Assembly (NCBI GenBank): GCA_963695875.1 | Contig: CAVOID010000003.1 | Location: 256,001-320,000, forward strand | Source: an uncultured delta proteobacterium | GTDB lineage: Bacteria > Desulfobacterota > Syntrophia > Syntrophales > UBA2185 | Length of the DNA: 64,000 bases | Direction of reading: 5' to 3' | Part shown: piece after piece, positions 1 through 10,481 of the stretch | Layout of the letters: each line of letters opens with the position of its first letter | Numbering within the stretch: position 1 is the first letter of the stretch | Translations under genes and position numbers: made by a program | The notes under the pieces: model-generated | What the model was told of the DNA's origin: nothing | Database searches by the model: none | The model's input: only the letters and a program-made list of their open reading frames with translations

Positions 1-31
1 ATCAGGGGCACAAATGAAAGGAGTGAAGAAA

Positions 32-484
32 ATGGAAATTAAAAGCACAGCTTTCAAACATGGCACAAGGATACCGTCAAAGCACACCTGTGACGGCATG
101 GATGTATCGCCGCCTCTGGGATGGGCCAATGCACCTGCTGGTACAAAAAATTTTGCCCTAATCTGCGATGATCCTGATGCTCCGATGGGCACATGGGTTC
201 ACTGGGTTATCTATGATATGCCTGCAAGCACTGCGAACTTGCCGGAAAAAGTTCCGCCACTGAAAGAACTGACCAATGGTGCAAAGCAGGGTATGAATGA
301 TTTTCGTGCGATAGGATATGGCGGTCCCTGCCCCCCCTCCGGCGAACATCGTTATTTTTTTAAGCTTTACGCCCTTGATGGACCGACTGGGCTGAAACCG
401 GGTGCTACCAAAGCGCAGCTGCTAGAAGCCATGAAAGGCCATATTCTTGGCGAAGTTGAGTTAATGGGAAAGTACAAAAGGTGA
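32..484 (+). CDS. YbhB/YbcL family (PEBP/Raf kinase inhibitor-like) protein
   Basis: Motifs DDPDAP, WVHW, GYGGPCPP, HRYFF; AAGGAG SD precedes the ATG at 32 (ORF track starts at 14). Confidence 0.9.
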   Translation: MEIKSTAFKHGTRIPSKHTCDGMDVSPPLGWANAPAGTKNFALICDDPDAPMGTWVHWVIYDMPASTANLPEKVPPLKELTNGAKQGMNDFRAIGYGGPCPPSGEHRYFFKLYALDGPTGLKPGATKAQLLEAMKGHILGEVELMGKYKR

Positions 485-571
485 CAGCTTCGTAAAAAGT
501 CTATGTGCTGTGTTGCGCCTCATTCCTCGGGATTTGCGCGCCTTGCCTCTCGAACTTTTTACGAAGCCGTC
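483..571. mobile_element. MITE-like element, family A, short copy
   Basis: 18-bp terminal inverted repeats GACAGCTTCGTAAAAAGT / ACTTTTTACGAAGCCGTC (1 mismatch); interior matches the reverse complement of 5823-5946. Confidence 0.75.
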
Positions 572-629
572 CATGTTTTGACCCTGATTGATATTATTTT
601 GCAATATCATTGAAGGCAGCAAGGGGAAA

Positions 630-1541
630 ATGCCGGAGGCATCCTATCTGAAATTGTACAGGGAGGGAAAGCTCCAGAAGCGTATAGATCATGCGGTGGA
701 GTTGATGAAGAACTGCACTGTGTGCCCCCGGGAATGCCATGTCGATAGGTTGTCAGGGGAACTTGGCTTCTGCCGCACTGGCGAAAAGGCCAAGGTCGCA
801 AGCCTTCATGCCCACTTTGGTGAAGAGGCCCCTCTTGTGGGAATGCACGGTTCAGGCACCATCTTTTTCAGGTCCTGTAATCTCCTATGCTGCTTCTGTC
901 AGAACTATGATATCAGCCACGATATTGAAGATGGCGAAGTGGAACCTAAAGATCTTGCCGTCATGATGCTTTCCTTGCAGAAGCGGGGATGTCATAATAT
1001 CAATTTTGTAACTCCGTCCCACGTGGTGCCTCAGATACTGCAAGCCCTTATCATCGCCGTCGAGTATGGGCTGAAAGTGCCACTGGTCTATAACACCGGC
1101 GGATACGATAGAGTTGAAACAGTGAAGATTCTGGATGGTATCTTCGACATCTATATGCCCGACTTCAAGTTCTGGGATGAAAAATGGGCTGAGAAATTTT
1201 GTAAGTCTGCTGATTACAGGAAAGTAGCAGTGGCAGCCATAAAAGAGATGCACCGCCAGGTGGGTGATCTTGTTGTCGATGAATCCGGGATAGCCGTAAA
1301 GGGGTTACTGGTACGTCATTTAGTCATGCCTAACGGTGTGGCAAATACCAGGAAAATCATGGAATTTCTGGCCGAAAAAATATCGAAAAATACCTATGTA
1401 AATGTAATGGATCAGTACCATCCCTGCGGGAAGGCAATGTGGGACCCGATGATTAATAGACGGATTAACAGGAGTGAATATTCTGAAGCAGTCCGCCTTG
1501 CCAGGGATGCGGGCCTTCACAGGCTGGATTCCCGGCGTTGA
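630..1541 (+). CDS. Radical SAM protein, PflX-like
   Basis: N-terminal CTVCPREC...C, CNLLCCFCQN (CxxxCxxC), YMPDFKF, LLVRHLVMP motifs. Confidence 0.85.
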   Translation: MPEASYLKLYREGKLQKRIDHAVELMKNCTVCPRECHVDRLSGELGFCRTGEKAKVASLHAHFGEEAPLVGMHGSGTIFFRSCNLLCCFCQNYDISHDIEDGEVEPKDLAVMMLSLQKRGCHNINFVTPSHVVPQILQALIIAVEYGLKVPLVYNTGGYDRVETVKILDGIFDIYMPDFKFWDEKWAEKFCKSADYRKVAVAAIKEMHRQVGDLVVDESGIAVKGLLVRHLVMPNGVANTRKIMEFLAEKISKNTYVNVMDQYHPCGKAMWDPMINRRINRSEYSEAVRLARDAGLHRLDSRR

Positions 1542-1555
1542 TCGAGAAAATAGAC

Positions 1556-2458
1556 TCATTTGTTTTGCAGGTAATCTTTCATACCCTTGATGCTGTTAAC
1601 CGAAAAAATCTTTTCCCGCGACTGCACATCCTTCGGAAGTGAATAGTACGGAGATAACCCCCGGTCATTTTTCAGCAGGTCCTCGTAAACACGTTCATCA
1701 AAGGGATCACTTTCCGCCTTAATATGCTTTTCTACTGTGGCCAGCCAGTTGTCCAGCTGGTTAAGAGCCGTATCGAATACATTGCGTACATCCTTCCGGT
1801 AGCCGTAATGTCCAAAGCATACGTGTGAAACATTGAGGGAAGCAGCCTTTTCCAATGAAGCTCGGTAAATCTCGTAGATAAACGGAGGCGGTGTTGCGAT
1901 ACGCAGATATAGTGCTTGATCCAGGGGATAGTTTATCCCCGCGACTTCTCCGAGAAATAATAGATTTCCAATTTGATAACAGAGGTGGCTCGGTGCATGA
2001 CCTGGAGTTTCGAAGACGTTGATCACCACGCCTCCGGCTTCAATGGGATTTTGATAACCGATGTTCTTTTCTGGAACGGCGGCGATTTTGCCATAAACGT
2101 CGGCAACCTTTCCCAGAAACTGGCGGGATCCCTCCCATAGTTTGGTAGGATCGACCATGTGCTTTACACCCTTAGGATGGCAGATGACCTTCGCCTCCGG
2201 AAAGTGCTCCACCAGCAGCCCGGCGCCTCCTGCATGGTCAATGTGAATATGCGTGAGCAGTATATAATCTAACTTCTCCACTTTGAGCTGTTTAAGTGCT
2301 TCCACGAGAACAGGAATAGTGGAGCACGGACCGGGATCGACTGCTATGGTAAGGCCGTCCTGCCTGTATACCCAGCTGTTGAGGAAATTATAGAATCCTT
2401 CCAGGGGCTGATCAAGATCTACAATGTAGAGATTTTCCAGAGGTTTATGTATTGCCAT
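1556..2458 (-). CDS. MBL-fold metallo-hydrolase
   Basis: THIHIDHAGG (HxHxDH), TPGHAPSH, FGHYG. Confidence 0.9.
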   Translation of the reverse strand: MAIHKPLENLYIVDLDQPLEGFYNFLNSWVYRQDGLTIAVDPGPCSTIPVLVEALKQLKVEKLDYILLTHIHIDHAGGAGLLVEHFPEAKVICHPKGVKHMVDPTKLWEGSRQFLGKVADVYGKIAAVPEKNIGYQNPIEAGGVVINVFETPGHAPSHLCYQIGNLLFLGEVAGINYPLDQALYLRIATPPPFIYEIYRASLEKAASLNVSHVCFGHYGYRKDVRNVFDTALNQLDNWLATVEKHIKAESDPFDERVYEDLLKNDRGLSPYYSLPKDVQSREKIFSVNSIKGMKDYLQNK

Positions 2459-2525
2459 AGCGCTTCTCCTTAATTCTGTGTAATTGTCAGTCCTGTGCTG
2501 TTTCTAAATTCATATACCATCTTTT

Positions 2526-3371
2526 TCACGAATTCAAGGGATGATCGCTTATGAAATTCAGGACCAGGCCATTGAAGTCCTGAGGTCTTTCAAAATTCGG
2601 CATGTGTCCGCACTGGTCGAATATATGGAGCCGGGCATTCGGCAATTTTTCCGCTGCAAAACATGCATGTCTAACAGGAAGAATGCGGTCCTGCCTGCCC
2701 CAGATGATCAGAGCAGGAACATTTATGTCACCGAGATTTTTTATGATCGGGTCGAGGACATCCGCACGGCCGCCAAAGATTGTTGCGCTGGACCTAAGTG
2801 CCGAGAGGATAGATTTTCTGGCTTCGGGTGAAGAGTCTAATCTATAATAGATGTCTACCAGAACATCTGTGATTACAGCCGGGTCATACACGCAGCGCTT
2901 CAGTACGAATGCCATTCCCATGCGGTTTGGCTGCATCATTAATTCACCGACAAGGGGGATCGTAGCCAGCCTCATGATGAATGCCATTTCCCTGCCTAGG
3001 CCTGCACTGTCTACCAGCACCAGTTTCTGTACCTTTCCGGGGAACTGGAGCGCGTATTGGAGAGCCACGCCGCCGCCTAAAGAATTTCCGACAAGACAGG
3101 CGCGGTTTATACAAAGCGCCGTCATGAAATCATCGATAAAGGCGGCCATAAATGTAGGGGAATATGTTGCTTCCGGCTTATCAGTGAGGCCGAAACCGAC
3201 GAGATCGGGAACATAGACACGGTGCTCTCCCGCGATGGCGGAGACATTGTGCATCCAGATCTCTGCGGAAGCACCCAGGCCGTGAATGAGAATTACGGGG
3301 GAACCTTTTTCTCCCTCGGCCCAGTATCGGGTATTGATATTGCCGATCCTGATATATTTATCGGGTGGCAT
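2526..3371 (-). CDS. Alpha/beta-fold hydrolase
   Basis: LIHGLG oxyanion motif, GNSLGG nucleophile elbow, C-terminal CGH catalytic His. Confidence 0.9.
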   Translation of the reverse strand: MPPDKYIRIGNINTRYWAEGEKGSPVILIHGLGASAEIWMHNVSAIAGEHRVYVPDLVGFGLTDKPEATYSPTFMAAFIDDFMTALCINRACLVGNSLGGGVALQYALQFPGKVQKLVLVDSAGLGREMAFIMRLATIPLVGELMMQPNRMGMAFVLKRCVYDPAVITDVLVDIYYRLDSSPEARKSILSALRSSATIFGGRADVLDPIIKNLGDINVPALIIWGRQDRILPVRHACFAAEKLPNARLHIFDQCGHMPNFERPQDFNGLVLNFISDHPLNS

Positions 3372-3495
3372 TTTTACGTTGCCTGCAGATGATTGAACAC
3401 CTATCGGGATGAAATAGCAAATATATGCTCATGCATTTGGATGCATTTCTATAATGTATGTCTTTTTAGGTAATAAGTTAGTACAGACGGAATGA

Positions 3496-4014
3496 TCACT
3501 TTTTTTCGAATAGTGTTTCCAGAATGGTGTCTATGGTAAAATATTGTGTGCTCAAGATTTTGCCGTCTCTGCTGATCAAGACCATGGTAGGTATACCGAC
3601 TATGTCATAAGCTCCCGCTACATCTCCTTTCTCATCTAAAAGCACTCGGTAGGGGATCCGGTATTTTGCCGCAAACCGTGACACTCTTGCCTTAGGTTCC
3701 TCAGCGTCGATGTTCACTATTTCAAGCCCGCGTTGACTGTATGTTGCGTGAATGCTTTTATAGTGTGATATTTCGGAGCGGCAAGTCGGACACCACGTAG
3801 TGGTGAAAATCAATAGAACCGGGTTACCCTTCTTGGTGCTGAGTTTGAAGTCCCGACCATCTATATCTTTCAGACTAAAATCCGGTGCCATAAAGGGAGA
3901 GAGATTTTTTCCCATGTCCGGCTGTTTACTTTCAGAGCATGAAAGCACAGAAGGAAGTGCAAATACAATCAAACCTAAAACCGCAAACAGGAAAAATCTT
4001 ACTTTTGCACCCAT
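3496..4014 (-). CDS. TlpA/ResA-like exported thiol:disulfide oxidoreductase
   Basis: N-terminal hydrophobic or lipoprotein signal, APDFSL, WCPTC, GIPT; adjacent to a CcdA-like gene. Confidence 0.85.
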   Translation of the reverse strand: MGAKVRFFLFAVLGLIVFALPSVLSCSESKQPDMGKNLSPFMAPDFSLKDIDGRDFKLSTKKGNPVLLIFTTTWCPTCRSEISHYKSIHATYSQRGLEIVNIDAEEPKARVSRFAAKYRIPYRVLLDEKGDVAGAYDIVGIPTMVLISRDGKILSTQYFTIDTILETLFEKK

Positions 4015-4025
4015 AATGAAATCCG

Positions 4026-4733
4026 TCAGCCCCAGAAACTACCAGCCTGTATAAGAAAGTATTCCCCCATTGCCAGTAATATCCATCCGGATATGTGGCT
4101 GATCCTTGTCATCCACATGCCGGATTTTGGCAGACTGGTTAAAAGGCCGGCAAATGTACCAAGTATAATAAGCAATGTCCCCATGCCAAGGGCAAAAACA
4201 AATAAAAGACTTATTCCAAAAATGATATTCTGACTTTTCGCTACAAAACTCAGCAATACGGCAAGCACAGGGGCCGTGCAGGGACCCATGACCAGGCCTG
4301 AAAAGGCACCTACAAAAAAGCTGCCCACAATGCCCTTTTTTTCGGGTTTAGCCTTCGTCATAAAGCCTGGAACCCGCACAGGCAGCATAAAGACTTCAAG
4401 CATGGACAATCCCATAAGGATGCATATATTGGCGACGATGAAAAATGTCCAGGGATTTGTCTGTATCTGTCCGAATAATTTGCCGGTAAAGGCAGCAATG
4501 GCGGCCAGAGAAGCGTATGTGACAGACATGCCTAAAACATAGATGACGGAGAGCACCAGCCCCTTCACCTTAGAACCGCTGCCGTGGGCGCCGATGAAAG
4601 CGATCGTGATGGGTGCCACCGGGTACACACAAGGTGTAAAACTGATGAAGACACCTCCCAGGTAGACGGCTACATACGCTAATATAGAAGACCCGTGCAG
4701 ATAAACAGACAGGCTGTCAATGAAATTTTCCAT
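4026..4733 (-). CDS. ccdA: CcdA/DsbD transmembrane electron-transfer protein
   Basis: SFTPCVYP and GPCTAP conserved Cys-Pro motifs in a multi-TM protein. Confidence 0.85.
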   Translation of the reverse strand: MENFIDSLSVYLHGSSILAYVAVYLGGVFISFTPCVYPVAPITIAFIGAHGSGSKVKGLVLSVIYVLGMSVTYASLAAIAAFTGKLFGQIQTNPWTFFIVANICILMGLSMLEVFMLPVRVPGFMTKAKPEKKGIVGSFFVGAFSGLVMGPCTAPVLAVLLSFVAKSQNIIFGISLLFVFALGMGTLLIILGTFAGLLTSLPKSGMWMTRISHISGWILLAMGEYFLIQAGSFWG

Positions 4734-4934
4734 TTGCGCTCCAATTGGCAAAAAGCCTTGAAATATACACTCGTATCAATTACACTTTTTTAATTAAATT
4801 ATAGCATAGTGTCTTCCACATATCAACCATGGGATTGGAGGCTTTAGGATATTATCCATAACACTTATGACTTGCACTGGTCACAGAAAGGATATATACA
4901 GCTATCAACCCAGATACAAGGAGATTATTTCTGA

Positions 4935-5765
4935 ATGGCTAAAATGTTGAAGGATGCGTTAAAAACAATTGAGAAATATAAGAGTATCACCCCTCACTAC
5001 GGCGAGTTGCTGGATATACTCGAGGAAATTTTAATAATGAGGGAAGAATATCGGCGCAAGATTGAAAAGATTATCTTTCCGATAGATGAGGAACTGATGG
5101 AGAAGAAGATAGCCGGCGGATTGCCACTCATAGATTTCTCTTCCGGAAATTTTGACCTGTCAGAACCTAAACAATACTTCTTAGCACTTCTGGAAATCGC
5201 AGAAAAGCGGGTTCCCGGTGAAACGAAGGAGATTGTTCAAATGGTTCAAGACGGAAGCTTCAATTTTGAGAAGCTGATTTGTGACTCATTCAGTTCACTC
5301 CATGACGATATACCGGACGAAGTGGACGAAGATGTTATAGATCTCGTCGATCTTTTTCTTGAAGAGAGCCTGAGACCAGCCCTGGAAAAGGTTGCGGAAA
5401 AGTATGGGAAAATAATAATCGAGACCGGTTGGGCTGAGGGATATTGCCCGATATGCGGCAAGGAACCGAAGATCGGAGAAATAAGAGAGGAAGAGGGAAG
5501 ACGATTTCTTTTTTGCACACAGTGCGGGTTTGAATGGCGTTTCAGGCGCATAAAATGCCCGTTTTGCGGCAATGAGGAACAGCAGACGCTGGCCTACTTT
5601 ACTATTGAAGGGGAGGAAAAATACCGGGTAGATGTTTGTCATGAGTGCAAGCGATATATTAAAATAGTTGATTTCAGAGAATCGGAGGAAGAGGCTAACC
5701 TCGACGTTGAGGATATTGCCACATTACATCTCGATATGCTTGCCAACGAAGAGGGATATGATTAG
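4935..5765 (+). CDS. fdhE: Formate dehydrogenase accessory protein FdhE
   Basis: CPICG, CTQC, CPFC, CHECKRYIK Cys pairs and DIATLHLD C-terminal motif. Confidence 0.85.
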   Translation: MAKMLKDALKTIEKYKSITPHYGELLDILEEILIMREEYRRKIEKIIFPIDEELMEKKIAGGLPLIDFSSGNFDLSEPKQYFLALLEIAEKRVPGETKEIVQMVQDGSFNFEKLICDSFSSLHDDIPDEVDEDVIDLVDLFLEESLRPALEKVAEKYGKIIIETGWAEGYCPICGKEPKIGEIREEEGRRFLFCTQCGFEWRFRRIKCPFCGNEEQQTLAYFTIEGEEKYRVDVCHECKRYIKIVDFRESEEEANLDVEDIATLHLDMLANEEGYD

Positions 5766-5822
5766 AGCCGAAGCGCATTTATGATAAGGCTCGCATAAAG
5801 CAGAAAATTTAGTGGATAATCG

Positions 5823-5946
5823 AGGCTTCGTAAAAAGCGCCAGAGGCAAGGCGCGCGAATACTGAGGAAATGAGGCGTACAGAGACGTACGCTGCAATGA
5901 CGAAGGATGAAGTGCAACACAGCATATGGACGTTTTACGAAGCTGT
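5823..5946. mobile_element. MITE-like element, family A, long copy
   Basis: Ends GGCTTCGTAAAAAG ... TTTTACGAAGCTGT; homologous to 483-571 in the opposite orientation, with about 37 bp extra. Confidence 0.7.
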
Positions 5947-5950
5947 GCAT

Positions 5951-6607
5951 ATGAATGACAAAGACATCAGGTCAGTAATTCGTCTCATTGAAAAAGAGGT
6001 AAGCAAGTGGGATCTTCCCATAGTCTCCTCTTTGGCCGATGAGCATAGCGGTCCCTTCCCGATCCTGATTTCTACAATCCTGAGTCTGAGGACGAAAGAC
6101 GAAGTAACTGCAAAAGCCGCGGAACGACTCTTTGCTTTGGCTAATACCCCGGAGGATATGTTAAAGCTCTCTGAGGATAAGATCATTAAAGCAATATATC
6201 CCGTCGGCTTTTACCGAAACAAGGCAAAAACTATCCTGCATATCTGTAGAGAGTTGGTAGATCATTTTAGTTCACGGGTTCCCGATACTATCGAGCAGTT
6301 GCTCACCCTGAAGGGTGTAGGCAGAAAGACAGCCAATCTTGTTGTGACGCTAGGGTATAATAAAGAGGGGTTGTGTGTCGATACGCATGTCCACAGAATA
6401 TCAAATCGGCTGGGCTACATAAGGACAAAAAACCCTGAGAAAACGGAATACGCGCTGAGAAACAAGCTTCCATCAAAATACTGGTCGCGGTATAATACAT
6501 TGATGGTTGCATTCGGTCGGCATATCTGTGTTCCCGTCTCTCCGTTTTGCAGCAGGTGCCCTGTCGCAGGTTACTGTGATAGAGTTAACGTTACCAGAAG
6601 CAGATAG
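5951..6607 (+). CDS. nth: Endonuclease III
   Basis: HhH motif LKGVGRKTAN, VDTHVHRI, C-terminal CxxxxxxCxxCxxxxxC 4Fe-4S motif; start placed downstream of the MITE. Confidence 0.92.
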   Translation: MNDKDIRSVIRLIEKEVSKWDLPIVSSLADEHSGPFPILISTILSLRTKDEVTAKAAERLFALANTPEDMLKLSEDKIIKAIYPVGFYRNKAKTILHICRELVDHFSSRVPDTIEQLLTLKGVGRKTANLVVTLGYNKEGLCVDTHVHRISNRLGYIRTKNPEKTEYALRNKLPSKYWSRYNTLMVAFGRHICVPVSPFCSRCPVAGYCDRVNVTRSR

Positions 6608-6688
6608 GGCAGAAGGGTGTTGGCAGGTTGCCGGGGTACATATGCATCTTAAACATGAATTATCTGAGACTTGCAAAGGAGGTACATC

Positions 6689-7704
6689 ATGGGTGTGAAA
6701 GTGGCTATTAATGGTTTCGGCAGGGTAGGAAGGAGTCTCATCAGGGCATGCCTGGGTTGTGATGACATTGATATCGTTGCCATCAATTCGAGGGCCAAGC
6801 CGGAGATACTTACCCATCTTCTCAAATATGATTCCGTTCATGGAAAGATCAAAGCGGATGTATCCGTAGACGGCGACGCTATGCTGATAGACGGCAAGAG
6901 AGTAGTGATTACGACTGTTACTTCAAATTTAGCGGACCTCCCCTGGGCGAAGCTTGGCGTCCAGATAGTTCTGGAATCGACGGGGCGATTCCGCAAAAAG
7001 GATGAAATGTCAGGCCATCTCACAGCCGGGGCCAAGAAGGTAATCCTGGCTGCACCCGGCAAGGGAGTTGACGGTACCTTTGTCATGGGGGTTAATGAAG
7101 AGACATACGATCCCGGCAAACATCATATCGTATCAAATGCCTCCTGTACCACCAACTGTCTTGCGCCGGTCGCCAAGGTACTGAATGATGAGTTTAAAAT
7201 TATCAGGGGATTTATGACAACCGCGCATGCCTACACGATGGATCAGAGGCTTCTGGACGGTTCCCATAGCGACCTGCGAAGGGCCCGGGCCGCCGCAATT
7301 TCGATCATTCCCACATCTACAGGAGCGGCCCAAGCCGTGGGCCAGGTGATTCCGGAACTGAAAGGGAAGCTCGATGGCGTAGCACTCAGGGTTCCTGTGC
7401 ACAATGTATCGGTAGTGGACCTTGTGGTAGAAGTGTCTCGACCCGTTACGATAAATGAAGTGAACGGGGCATTTAAGGCGGCATCTGAAGGCAAGCTGAA
7501 GGACATTTTGGCGTTTTGCGAAGAGCAACTCGTTTCGTTGATTTTACGAGCAGCTGTTTCTCATCCATCGTTGATGCTCCTCTGACAAATGTGCTTGCCG
7601 GAAACCTGGTCAAGGTTTTCTCCTGGTACGACAATGAGATCGGCTATGCATGCAGGATGAGGGATCTTGCTATCTACATGGCGAAGAAAATGTCAGGGGC
7701 ATGA
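6689..7704 (+). CDS. gap: Type I glyceraldehyde-3-phosphate dehydrogenase (1-nt frameshift near 7536)
   Basis: INGFGRVGR, SNASCTTNCL; the C-terminal SWYDNE lies in another frame (ORF 7516-7704). Confidence 0.95.
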
Positions 7705-7705
7705 T

Positions 7706-8455
7706 ATGAGAAGGCCCTTTATTGCCGGCAACTGGAAAATGCACAAGACGATCCAGGAAGCCGTTGATTTCGCACGTAGATTGGTGAATGAATGTGCCGG
7801 ATTAGCCGGCAGGAGGGTGGTCATTGCCCCTCCCTTTACGGCACTGCATTCAGTCGCGCAAGTGCTGAAGGGATCGGGAATTCATCTATCCGCCCAAAAC
7901 CTCCACGATAAGCCGGCAGGTGCATATACAGGAGAAGTATCTGCCAAAATGCTGGCAGATGCCTGTTGTGAGTATGTTATCGTCGGCCATTCAGAACGCC
8001 GGACCTTCTTTGGTGAAACGGATGCTGTCATCAACAAAAAGCTCAAGACCGCAATTTCGTTCGGATTGAGGCCCATATTCTGTATCGGCGAAACCCTGAG
8101 GGAGCGGGAAGCAGACCAGACTTTTTCCGTTATCGATAGGCAGATAAAAGAGGGATTGAATAATTTCACCACTGATGATATAAAACCTGTCGTCGTTGCC
8201 TATGAACCTGTGTGGGCGATCGGTACCGGCAGGACAGCAACACCCGAGCAGGCCCAGGAGGTGCACGCATACATTCGTGACGTGACGGGAAGGAAATATG
8301 GCGAAAATATTTCAGGGAATATCGCCATCCTTTACGGAGGAAGCGTCAATCCGGATAATATTGGCGGTCTTATGGCCCAATCGGATATCGACGGTGTTCT
8401 GGTGGGAGGGGCAAGCCTGGATATTGACTCGTTTGTCAGGATCATTAAATATTAA
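7706..8455 (+). CDS. tpiA: Triosephosphate isomerase
   Basis: AGNWKM, GHSERR, AYEPVWAIGTG, LVGGASL. Confidence 0.97.
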   Translation: MRRPFIAGNWKMHKTIQEAVDFARRLVNECAGLAGRRVVIAPPFTALHSVAQVLKGSGIHLSAQNLHDKPAGAYTGEVSAKMLADACCEYVIVGHSERRTFFGETDAVINKKLKTAISFGLRPIFCIGETLREREADQTFSVIDRQIKEGLNNFTTDDIKPVVVAYEPVWAIGTGRTATPEQAQEVHAYIRDVTGRKYGENISGNIAILYGGSVNPDNIGGLMAQSDIDGVLVGGASLDIDSFVRIIKY

Positions 8456-8539
8456 CTAGTGTACCTTCAGTCATTCCGACGACAGAAATGAAAGCGGGAA
8501 TTTTAAGGCACTCAGAAAATTTTTAGGAGATACAATAAC

Positions 8540-8884
8540 GTGCAAATATTATTTACGGTCTTGCATATTGCTGTATGCATTATCTTGATCCTCGTCGTAC
8601 TCCTGCAGGCAGGCAAAGGGGCAAGCATGGGGGCGGCCTTTGGGGGATCAAGTCAGACAATCTTCGGGAGCAGTGGCCCCGGGACATTTTTGGGGAAAAT
8701 GACAACAATTGTCGCCGCTGTTTTTATGCTAACATCCCTTTTCCTTTCATACTCGGCATATCACAAGGGGTCGTCGTTGATGGAAAAAGCGGCACCACAG
8801 GCACAACAGCAGACAGTGCCCGCTCCGGCAGAAAAAGCTCCGGGTGCAGCAGAACAGCAGGCACCGTCAGCGCAACAGAAATAG
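8540..8884 (+). CDS. secG: Preprotein translocase subunit SecG
   Basis: Two TM segments around LLQAGKGASMGAAFGG; conserved tpiA-secG-tRNA-Leu synteny. Confidence 0.93.
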   Translation: MQILFTVLHIAVCIILILVVLLQAGKGASMGAAFGGSSQTIFGSSGPGTFLGKMTTIVAAVFMLTSLFLSYSAYHKGSSLMEKAAPQAQQQTVPAPAEKAPGAAEQQAPSAQQK

Positions 8885-8889
8885 TTTAT

Positions 8890-8914
8890 GTCATTCCCGA
8901 CTCGATCGGGAATC
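8890..8914. repeat. REP-like palindrome GTCATTCCCGA-CTCGA-TCGGGAATC
   Basis: Stem ATTCCCGA/TCGGGAAT after secG; a degenerate GTCATTCC...GGGAAT relative lies near 8470-8500. Confidence 0.5.
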
Positions 8915-8949
8915 GGATATGACTTTATTTTCAGCGGAACGAAACAATT

Positions 8950-9036
8950 GCCGAGGTGGTGGAATATGGTAGACACGCTATCTTGAGGGGGTAGTGGACA
9001 AAATCCGTCCGGGTTCAAGTCCCGGCCTCGGCACCA
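8950..9036 (+). tRNA. tRNA-Leu (anticodon GAG)
   Basis: GCCGAGG acceptor stem, D-loop GG, anticodon arm CTATC-TTGAGGG-GGTAG, long variable arm, GGTTCAAGTCC T-arm, encoded CCA. Confidence 0.95.
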
Positions 9037-9047
9037 TAGTTACAATC

Positions 9048-9086
9048 AAGAGGTTGGCTTGGAGATGAGTCAACCTCTTCTATTTT
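9048..9086 (+). terminator. Probable intrinsic terminator after tRNA-Leu
   Basis: AAGAGGTTGGCT ... AGTCAACCTCTT hairpin followed by a T-rich tract. Confidence 0.6.
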
Positions 9087-9215
9087 CCGTAAATGTTTGG
9101 CTAACAGTTGCTGAATTAATGAGTGAAGACAACAATCGGCACCAGAGACCTTGCTGTACTGAAAACATTGGAACTCTGACCTAGTATAAAGAATGACGGC
9201 TGAAGATAAAACCTG

Positions 9216-10174
9216 TTATGACATAACCCCCGCTGCGAGATATCCTATAATGAGGCAGGTCAGTGTCAGCGCGTGGACTTTTATCGTGGCAAGGTTTGCG
9301 GGGGCCATCTTCATCTTGTCCATGTAATTCGCATTAAGTATCCGGAACGAGTTGTACGCAATGGGCAATGTAAGGAGCCCCAGGAGAATGCTGAATGGGG
9401 TTACCTTGAAGGATACGGACAGGAACATGGTGCCATAGGCGCAAATCAGCCCCGCAACATACAATACAACGCCCGGCTTTCTTCCGAAACGGGCGACGAG
9501 ATTCAGCTTACCTGCCTGGCGATCCTCCTCATAATCGGGGATCTCGTTGATGACGATCATGGACCACATGAGGAATCCCGGGACCAGCGAAACGATAAAA
9601 GGTTCCCAGGCAATCGATCGTGTCTGCACATAGAATGCACCGAGACAGACGACGGGTCCGAAATTAATCAGCAGGCTCAATTCGCCGAACCCCCGGTAAC
9701 CGTATCGTATGGGCGGCATGGTGTAAAAGACGGAAGAAAATACTCCGATGACAGCGAAGATCAGGACAGGCCAGCCGGCAACGATAGTCAGGTAAATAGC
9801 TATAACGATCCCTATGAGATAACATAAAATCGATGCCGCAAGCACGTAACTGGCGGGAAGGAGTCCCCCGTCAGAACCCCGCTGCCCCCTGTATAGGGAT
9901 TTTTCTCTTCACCGTGGGAGCGATCCACGGCATGGAGATAATCAAAGACATCATCGATCATGTTCAGACCGATGTGGTGCACCGTCACGCCGATGATGAC
10001 CAGGATAAAATACCAGAAGTTGAATTCCCGGAATGCCGCCCACGCAATGACACTTCCCAGCAAGGCGGGGAAGATGCTGGTGGGCACATAGTGGAGACGG
10101 AATGCCTGGATCCACGTGCCTACGACCCCTGGTTTCCGCCCGTCTTCAGGGATATATTTCATCTTCAGAGGCAT
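9216..10174 (-). CDS. menA: UbiA-family prenyltransferase, MenA-like (frameshift near 9860)
   Basis: NMIDDVFDY and NEIPDYEEDRQAGK Asp-rich motifs split across ORFs 9812-10228 and 9216-9845; AAGGA SD before 10174. Confidence 0.75.
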
Positions 10175-10481
10175 TGCTGGTCCTTCTCGCATATTTGAAA
10201 CTCTTTGGATATTGTCTACGAAAAACAAGGCCAGCCTTTCCCTTGGATCAGATAGTCAATTTCAGTATATCTCAATTTCCAAATTATTGTTAAATTAATT
10301 TCACACTTTTTCAATGCATATTTTTATAAAAGGATAATATCATGATGCTTATGCCAATAAGGAATAAGGCATTTTGAAGAGATAAATCAGCTATTCCCTG
10401 ATTGAATGATTTCTCTATTTTTAATAAAAAAATCTGGTATATAAATAGCGTATCTGAGACGTAAAAAAGAGGAGGGCTACG

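Noticed and set aside
5870..5950. N-terminal extension of Nth in the ORF track
   Set aside because: It is translated MITE sequence; the recognisable Nth sequence begins after the ATG at 5951.
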